The notes under the pieces were generated by a model. That model ran no database searches and was not told the DNA's origin. It worked only from the letters and a program-made list of their open reading frames with translations. A program made the position numbers and the translations under genes. From contig CAVURN010000002.1 of the NCBI GenBank assembly GCA_963743915.1, positions 704,001 through 768,000 on the forward strand: 64,000 nt of DNA. The letters run 5' to 3'. The stretch is from an uncultured Actinomycetota bacterium (lineage in GTDB: Bacteria > Actinomycetota > Actinomycetes > JAHEKZ01). This document shows, piece after piece, positions 57,172 through 64,000 of this stretch (position 1 is its first letter; each line of letters starts with the position of its first letter).

Positions 57172-58245
57172 ATGACCGTCACGATCACGACCTCGTCATC
57201 CACCGATCCGGCGACGAGGGGCCGCGAGCTCGGCACGCAGTGGGCGCCTGAGATCACGCGCACGTGGCGGGCGTATGAGCGGCTCTTCGCGATCCACGGC
57301 ATCGAGCCGACGCTCGTCCGTGAGATCGCACTGGGCACCTTGGACGCCGTGACCGTCTGGTCACCGTCGCAGGCAGATGAGATCGAGGCGATCGCGCACG
57401 GTGCGGGGATCGAGCTGTGGCAGGCCGCCGCGTTGAACAGTCGGTCAGAGATCCTCACGCGCAGCCGTCTGGGCCTTCCGGGCGAGTGCTCGACCTTCGT
57501 GGGCCTGTCCCCCGATGGGTCGCCGCGCACGATCCAGACGTGGGACTGGCAGCACGAGATGTCGAACGTCAAGCTGATCTGGCGCTACCCGACGCCGGAC
57601 CGGACGGTCACGACGTTCACCGAGTTCGGCGTCCTCGGCAAGATCGGCGTGAGCTCGGCTGGACTGGGCCTGCACTTCAACCTCCTGCAACACACGTCGG
57701 ACGGGGAGGGCGTCGGCGTCCCGGTTCACCTCGTGGCCCGTCGCGTGCTGGACGAGGCCACCACCGTCGACGAAGCGGAGGGGATCATCCGCTCGGCGGA
57801 CGTGACGGCGTCCGCCGCGCTGACCGTCGTGGCGCGGGACAGCGACGGGTACGACGCGCGCAGCTTCGAGGTGTCGCCCACCGGCACTGCGGTGCTCGAA
57901 CCGGACGCCTCCGGGTCGTTGTTCCACACCAACCATTTCATCGACACCAAGCTCGCCGAAGGAGAGCGCCTCGGAACCGTCGACCCTGACACCTATGCGC
58001 GGCTCGACGCCGTGACGGCACGCGCGGACAGACTCCGCGCCGACGACTTCGCGGACCGCGTGCAGGCCCTGGTCCACCATCGTGAGGACGGCGCGGCGGT
58101 GTGCTGCCACCCGGCACCTGAGGACATCGACGGTGACCGCTGGTCCACGCACCTGGTAGTCGGCCTGGAGCTGGATCGGGGGTCGCTCGTCTTCCACGAC
58201 GGTGCCCCGTGCACGGCCCGTGGAGACGGATACATCCGCTTCTGA
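57172..58245 (+). CDS. Peptidase C45 / acyl-CoA:6-APA acyltransferase-like Ntn hydrolase
   Basis: RGRELG, EIEAIAHG, LNSRSE, ECST nucleophile, QTWDW, GKIGV, GVPVH, HTNHF. Confidence 0.9.
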   Translation: MTVTITTSSSTDPATRGRELGTQWAPEITRTWRAYERLFAIHGIEPTLVREIALGTLDAVTVWSPSQADEIEAIAHGAGIELWQAAALNSRSEILTRSRLGLPGECSTFVGLSPDGSPRTIQTWDWQHEMSNVKLIWRYPTPDRTVTTFTEFGVLGKIGVSSAGLGLHFNLLQHTSDGEGVGVPVHLVARRVLDEATTVDEAEGIIRSADVTASAALTVVARDSDGYDARSFEVSPTGTAVLEPDASGSLFHTNHFIDTKLAEGERLGTVDPDTYARLDAVTARADRLRADDFADRVQALVHHREDGAAVCCHPAPEDIDGDRWSTHLVVGLELDRGSLVFHDGAPCTARGDGYIRF

Positions 58246-58249
58246 GCAC

Positions 58250-58302
58250 GTGATGGGTGCGGCGATCCCTGCAATCAACGCACGCGGTGTCACACCGCAC
58301 CC
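58250..58302. repeat. 53-nt dispersed palindromic repeat, copy B
   Basis: 49/53 identical to 42006-42058; fills almost the whole gap between two convergent stop codons. Confidence 0.9.
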
Positions 58303-58689
58303 TCAGAAGGGGTGGATGCCGCCCGATTCCAGGCCCGGGTCGCTGGCCCGGCGCCCGCGACGACCTCCGGTCCGCGCGTGGAAGGCGTCCCGCTCGATGA
58401 CCTCGAGCCCCACCACCTCCCACGGCGGTAGCGCCGCGATCTCGCCGTAGTCGGTCCACAGGGCGAAGGCTCGCGCGGCGATCGCCCGCACGTGGTCGCT
58501 CTCGTCCCAGTAGCGCACCTCCGCGCGGTCCTCGGCGTAGCGGGCCGACAGCAGGAACTGGTGCTGGTCGGCCAGCCGCTCCAGCGCCTCGCGGACCTCC
58601 TCGGCCGGCAGAGCGGGCCCAGCGGTGGTGATCACCACGTGCCACATGCGACGCGGTCCTGTCGCGTCCGCGCTCTGGTCGTCAGCCAC
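58303..58689 (-). CDS. Conserved actinobacterial hypothetical protein downstream of proB
   Basis: WHV...LERL...FLLSARYA.D.AEVRYW...LPPWEVVGLEVI; the GTG overlaps the proB 3' end. Confidence 0.8.
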   Translation of the reverse strand: MADDQSADATGPRRMWHVVITTAGPALPAEEVREALERLADQHQFLLSARYAEDRAEVRYWDESDHVRAIAARAFALWTDYGEIAALPPWEVVGLEVIERDAFHARTGGRRGRRASDPGLESGGIHPF

Positions 58690-59847
58690 TCGCCGTCGCC
58701 TCCACTGTCGTCGGCCGCCGGAGCAGCACCAGGTCGTCGCGGTGGACGACCTCCCGCTCGTAGGCGGTGCCGAGCTGCTTGGCCAGCTCGCGCGTCGACC
58801 GTCCGAGCAGAGCGGGGAGCTCCACCGCGTCAAAGTTGACCAGTCCGCGGGCCACGGCGTCCCCGTTTTGGTCGACTAGGTCGACCGGATCTCCTGCCAC
58901 GAAGGTGCCGTCGACGGCCGTGATGCCCGCGGGCAGCAGGGACGCGCGCCGTTCCACGACCGCACGGACGGCCCCGGCGTCCAGCACCACGTGACCGTGG
59001 GGTGACGCGGCGTGCGCCAGCCACAGCAGCCGGGTGGGGATGCGTCGCCCCGTGGCGGCGAACCACGTGCCGACGTCCTCGCCGACCAGCGCCTCCCGAG
59101 CGGCGGACGCATGCGCCAGCACCACGGGCACACCGGCGCCCGCAGCGATGCGGGCGGCGGAGATCTTGGTGACCATGCCCCCGGTGCCCACCGCCGACCC
59201 GCGACGGCCGACCTCGACCGCGTCGAGCTCGTCCGGGTGCGACACGAGGGCGATGCGCTGGGCGCCCTTGCGGGTCGGCGGCCTGTCGTACAGCGCGTCG
59301 ACGTCGGACAGGATCACGAAGAGGTCGGCGTGCACCAGGTGCGCCACCAGCGCCGCGAGTCGGTCGTTGTCGCCGAACCGGATCTCCTCGGTGCCCACCG
59401 TGTCGTTCTCGTTGACGACCGGGAGCGTGCCCATCTCGAGCAGCCGGTAGAGCGTGCGCTGCGCGTTGCGGTAGTGGGCGCGGCGCACGACGTCGTCCGC
59501 GGTCAGCAGCACCTGTCCGACGGTGATGCCACGAGCGGCGAAGGCCTCGGTGTAGCGGTGCACCAGCAACCCTTGGCCGACGCTGGCCGCAGCCTGCTGG
59601 GTGGCGAGGTCGCGGGGCCGCGCCTTGAGGCGCAGAGGCTCGAGCCCGGCCGCGATCGCTCCCGAGGTCACGAGCACGATCTCGACTCCGGCGGAACGCC
59701 GGTCGGCGAGGACGCCGGCCAGCGCGGTGACCCGGTCCCCGTCCAGGACGCCGGACGCATCGTCAGCGACGACGACCCGACCTTCACGACCACCCGACGG
59801 GCACCCGCCACCGTCTCTGTCCGGCCGGCGCGACGCGTCGGACTCAC
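58682..59847 (-). CDS. proB: Glutamate 5-kinase (one apparent deletion near 59762)
   Basis: [10 protein letters not shown], then [33 protein letters not shown] and a PUA domain. Confidence 0.96.
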
Positions 59848-61213
59848 TGGTCCCGCTCCCACGCCTCGACCCGGCGATCGGTCCCCCGCGGGCTGCGCAG
59901 CTGCTCGGCACCTGCCTCGAGCTGCGGGGCGAAGTCGAAGACCACGCCGTCCTCGTCGCTGCCGATGACTACCTCGGCGCCGGGCTCGGCCCCCTGCTCG
60001 ACCAGCGCCTCCTCGACCCCCAGCCGCGCGAGCCGGTCGGACAGGTAGCCGACGGCCTCGTCGTTGCTGAAGTCGGTCTGCCGCACCCAGCGCTCGGGTT
60101 TCCGCCCACGCACCCGGAAGCGTCCGTCCTCGACCGTCACGGTGAAGCCGGCGTCGTCGACCGGCGTCGGGCGCAGCACGATCCGGGTCGCCTCCGGCTC
60201 GGGCAGGGCAGCCCGGTACTGCTCGACGATCTCGGCGAGCGCGAACCCGAGCGCGCGCAGACCCTCGTGGCTGACGGCGGAGACGGTGAAGACGCGCCAG
60301 CCCGCCTCCTCGAGCTCGGGGCGCACCAGGTCGGCCAGCTCGCGTGCCTCCGGGACGTCGACCTTGTTGAGCACGACGACGCGGGGACGGTCGGCGAGAC
60401 CGCCGTACGCGGCGAGCTCGCCCTCGAGCACCGCGAGGTCGGTGACCGGGTCGCGGTTCGGCTCGAGCGTGGCGCAGTCGAGTACGTGCACCAGCACCGC
60501 GCACCGTTCGATGTGCCGCAGGAACTCGTGGCCGAGTCCCTTGCCCTCGCTGGCACCGGGGATGAGCCCGGGCACGTCGGCGATCGTGAAGCGCGTGGAC
60601 CCGGCCTCGACCACGCCGAGGTTGGGTGACCGAGCGTCGTGAAGGGGTAGTCGGCGATCTTCGGGCGCGCCGCCGACACCGCAGCGACCAGGCTCGACTT
60701 GCCGGCGCTCGGGAAGCCGACCAGCCCGACGTCGGCGACCGTCTTGAGCTCGAGGACGACGTCGGTCTCGACCCCGGGCTCGCCGAGCAGCGCAAACCCC
60801 GGCGCCTTGCGACGCGGCGACGCCAGGGCGGCGTTGCCCAGGCCGCCGGCTCCGCCCGGCGCGATGACCCACCGGGTGCCGTCGCCGGTCAGGTCGGCGA
60901 TCTGGACGCCGTCGACGCCGACGACGACCGTCCCGTCCGGGACGGGCAGCTCGAGGTCCTCACCGTCGGCGCCGCTGCGGTGCCCACCCATGCCGGGCTT
61001 GCCGTGACCGGCCTTGCGGTGGGGGCTGTGGTGGTAGTCGAGCAGCGTGGTGACGTTGCGGTCGACGACGAGCGTGACGTCACCGCCGCGTCCGCCGTTG
61101 CCGCCGTCCGGGCCGCCGAACGGCTTGAACTTCTCGCGGTGGATGGAGGCGCAGCCGTTGCCGCCACGACCGCCGGCGACGTGCAGCACGACACGGTCGA
61201 CGAACGTGGTCAT
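59844..61213 (-). CDS. obgE: GTPase ObgE/CgtA (apparent indels near 60630)
   Basis: [32 protein letters not shown] / PNLGVV, DVPG, NKVD, C-terminal OCT domain. Confidence 0.96.
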
Positions 61214-61309
61214 GCCGACCTGCCTCCTTCGTGCCTCTGACACACGAACGGGCCCCACCCGAGAGTCGAGCGAGGCCGCTCGGACTCACTCGCTGGCGAA
61301 GCGTCGGGG

Positions 61310-61564
61310 CTACTCCGCCGGGACGACGTTGACGACGCGACGGCCGCGTCGGGTGCCGAACTCGACCGCACCGGCTGCCAGCGCGAACAGGGTGTCGTCG
61401 CCACCGCGACCGACGTTGGCGCCGGGGTGGAAGTGGGTGCCGCGCTGACGCACGATGATCTCGCCGGCGTTCACGACCTCACCGCCGAAGCGCTTGACGC
61501 CGAGACGCTGCGAGTTGGAGTCACGACCGTTGCGCGTCGAGGACGCGCCCTTCTTGTGTGCCAT
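61310..61564 (-). CDS. rpmA: 50S ribosomal protein L27
   Basis: [26 protein letters not shown]. Confidence 0.99.
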   Translation of the reverse strand: MAHKKGASSTRNGRDSNSQRLGVKRFGGEVVNAGEIIVRQRGTHFHPGANVGRGGDDTLFALAAGAVEFGTRRGRRVVNVVPAE

Positions 61565-61573
61565 GGCTCCTGC

Positions 61574-61888
61574 TCACTTCCCCGCTGCGATGTCGGTGAC
61601 CTTGACCTCGGTGTACTTCTGCCGATGGCCCTGACGCTTGCGGTATCCGGTCTTGTTCTTGAACTTCATGATGGTGATCTTGGGGCCCTTGGTGCCACCG
61701 AGGACCTCGGCGGTCACGGTGACGCCGGCCAGCTTCTTGGGGTCGCTGGTGACGGTCTCGCCGTCGACGACGAGGAGCGCGGGGAGGGTGATGGAGCTGC
61801 CGGGCTCGCCGGAGACCTTGTCGATCTGGACGACGTCGCCGACCGCGACCTTCTCCTGGCGGCCGCCAGCGCGGACAATCGCGTACAC
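61574..61888 (-). CDS. rplU: 50S ribosomal protein L21
   Basis: [14 protein letters not shown]...[14 protein letters not shown]; GAGGAG RBS before the GTG. Confidence 0.98.
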   Translation of the reverse strand: MYAIVRAGGRQEKVAVGDVVQIDKVSGEPGSSITLPALLVVDGETVTSDPKKLAGVTVTAEVLGGTKGPKITIMKFKNKTGYRKRQGHRQKYTEVKVTDIAAGK

Positions 61889-62047
61889 CGCGAACTCCTC
61901 ACGTCTCCGCCGTGGCGGCGACACACTCATGTGGAACCCCTCGGGCCCACGGGATGGGTCTGGCTGGATCGCAGTCGCCGGGCGGGCCCAGGCGCCTCGT
62001 GAAGAGGCGCACGCATGCGGATCCGGACGCGACAGCGCCGAGGCACC

Positions 62048-62077
62048 AGGGTACGGAGTGCCCCGGTGGCCGGTCAA
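62048..62077 (-). promoter_or_regulatory. Housekeeping promoter for rplU-rpmA
   Basis: Minus strand TTGACC-N18-TACCCT. Confidence 0.7.
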
Positions 62078-64000
62078 ACCAGGGTGGCGTCCGGCTCGAC
62101 GTCCGCCGGTGGCTCGGTCGGAGCCTCGGGCTCGGCCCCGACCTGCGGTCGGCTCCGGGACCTCGGCAGCCGGTGCCTCCGTCGCCGACTCCGCCGCGTG
62201 GGCCGCGGCGGTGGCCGTGGCCACCTTCGCCAGGGCCTCGCGCGCCCTCGCAGCCGCCTCGGGATCGACCTCGGGAGCGGCCACGCTCGCCTTGCCCCGA
62301 CGACGCCGGGGGCTGCGCTCCTCGGACTTCTTGCCCCCGGAGTCCCCCGACTTCGGAGGCTCGACCGGGTCGAGGCTGACGTGACGTCCGCGTCCGCCGC
62401 AGGTCTCGCACGGGGTGGAGAAGGCCTCGAGCAGCCCCTGGCCCACCCGCTTGCGGGTCATCTGCACCAGACCCAGCGACGTGACCTCGGCCACCTGGTG
62501 CTTGGTCCGGTCACGGCCGAGGCACTCGACCAGCCGCCGGAGCACCAGCTCGCGGTTGCTCTCGAGCACCATGTCGATGAAGTCGATGACGATGATGCCG
62601 CCGACGTCCCGCAGCCGCAGCTGACGGACGATCTCCTCGGCGGCCTCCAGGTTGTTCCGGGTGACGGTCTCCTCGAGGTTGCCGCCGGCACCGGTGAACT
62701 TCCCGGTGTTGACGTCGACGACCACCATCGCCTCGGTGCTGTCGATGATCAGGTAGCCGCCACTCGGCAGCCACACCTTGCGGTCGAGGGCCTTGGTGAG
62801 CTGCTCGTCGATGCGGTGCGCACTGAAGACGTCCTCGTCCCCGGTCCACTTCGAGAGCCGCTCAGCCAGGTCGGGAGCCACGCTGGTCACGTACTCCTCG
62901 ACGGTGGCCCAGGCCTCGTCGCCGCTGATGACGAGCTTGGTGAAGTCCTCGTTGAAGACGTCCCGGATGACGCGGAGCGTGAGGTCGGGCTCCTCGTGCA
63001 GCAGCGCCGGCGCGGTGGCCGTCTCAGCCTTCTTGGCGATGGCTTCCCACTGCGCGGTCAGCCGGGCGACGTCGCGGCTCAGCTCTTCCTCACTGGCACC
63101 TTCGGCGGCGGTGCGCACGATGACGCCGGCGTCGTCAGGGACGATCTTCTTCAGGATCGCCTTCAGCCGCGCCCGCTCGGTGTCGGGGAGCTTGCGGCTG
63201 ATCCCGGTCATCGAGCCGTCGGGCACGTAGACCAGGTAGCGGCCCGGCAACGACACCTGGGCGGTGAGGCGGGCCCCTTTGTGACCGATCGGGTCCTTGG
63301 TCACCTGCACCAGGACGGCGTCGCCGGACTTCATGGCGTGCTCGATCCGGCGCGGCTGGCCGTCAAGGCCCGCGGCGTCCCAGTTGACCTCACCGGCGTA
63401 CAGGACGGCGTTGCGTCCGCGGCCGACGTCGGCGAAGGCGGCCTCCATGCTGGGCAGCACGTTCTGCACCTTGGCCAGGTAGACGTTGCCGACCATGGTC
63501 GACGCCGAACGCTGCGCCACGAAGTGCTCGACCAGGATGTCGTCCTCGAGGACCCCGATCTGGGTGCGGTCGCCCTGCTGACGCACCACCATGACGCGGT
63601 CGACCGCCTCTCGGCGGGCCAGGAACTCCGACTCGGTGAGGATCGGCGGACGTCGCCGGCCCTGCTCGCGACCCTCGCGACGCCGCTGCTTCTTGGCCTC
63701 GAGTCGGGTCGAGCCCTTGACGCCGGAGATCTCGTCCGACGCCTTGCGCGGCTCACGGACGTGTACGACCGTGCGGTCCGGGTCGTCTCCCCCGCCGTCC
63801 TCGCCACCGCCCTTGCGGCGGCGCCTGCGGCGGCGACGCGAGGAGCTGCTCGAGCCCTCCTCACCGCCCTCTGACCGCTGCTCGGCCTCGTCCGTGGACT
63901 CGCCGCCCTCGCCGTCAGCCTTGCCCTTGCGGCCGCGGCCGCCACGGCGCCGACGACGGCGACCCGCCTCGGAGGACTCGTCGTCGGCCTCAGAGCCGCC
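62074..64000 (-). CDS. rne: Ribonuclease E/G family (5' end outside the window; apparent indel near 62146)
   Basis: Arg-rich low-complexity region, S1 domain [41 protein letters not shown]. The corrected acidic tail ends ...DVEPDATLV*. Confidence 0.95.

Noticed and set aside
61889-62040. Structured autoregulatory leader for rplU-rpmA
   Set aside because: A long 5' UTR is implied, but I could not identify a convincing conserved fold by eye; this needs an Rfam or covariation search.
61574-63592. Apparent in-frame RNase E-L21 fusion (672 aa ORF)
   Set aside because: A one-base shift near 62146 restores an acidic RNase E tail ending at the TGA at 62074-62076. rplU has its own promoter and RBS, and the linker reads as non-coding, so this is most likely an indel artefact.

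Overview
This is a 64 kb stretch of a high-GC actinomycete chromosome, mostly the conserved housekeeping block read on the minus strand: rne(partial)-rplU-rpmA-obgE-proB-proA-nadD-LCP-rsfS-tRNA-Ala-leuS-degV-comEA-comEC-holA / rpsT / lepA-fadD-hemW / hrcA-dnaJ-rsmE-HIT-phoH-ybeY-hemolysin-cdd-like-era / leuA-recO-uppS / znuACB-zur / glyQS-dusB-ppdK-dgt-dnaG-tRNA-Asn. Single accessory genes are slotted into the backbone: two C45 Ntn-hydrolases, an orphan MerB-like lyase, three GNATs, an AKR, a GGDEF protein, a VOC protein and an HExxH membrane protein. The first ~3.1 kb, downstream of tRNA-Asn, looks like the edge of an accessory island carrying a secreted sulfatase. Thirteen genes, some normally essential, have 1-nt indels, mostly in short base runs; these are most likely sequencing or assembly errors. 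I found no CRISPR array, prophage, transposase or defence system, and cannot support a large new multi-gene system. The most interesting signals are small: two leaderless Leu-rich leader peptides (leuA, leuS), pervasive leaderless gene starts including a bidirectional promoter with overlapping -10 elements at era/GNAT, a family of ~55-70 nt intergenic palindromes (two copies 49/53 identical), microproteins missed by the ORF track, SigB/SigF-like promoters, a CIRCE, a Zur box and a possible DosR box. All product calls come from recognising motifs and synteny, not from database searches.
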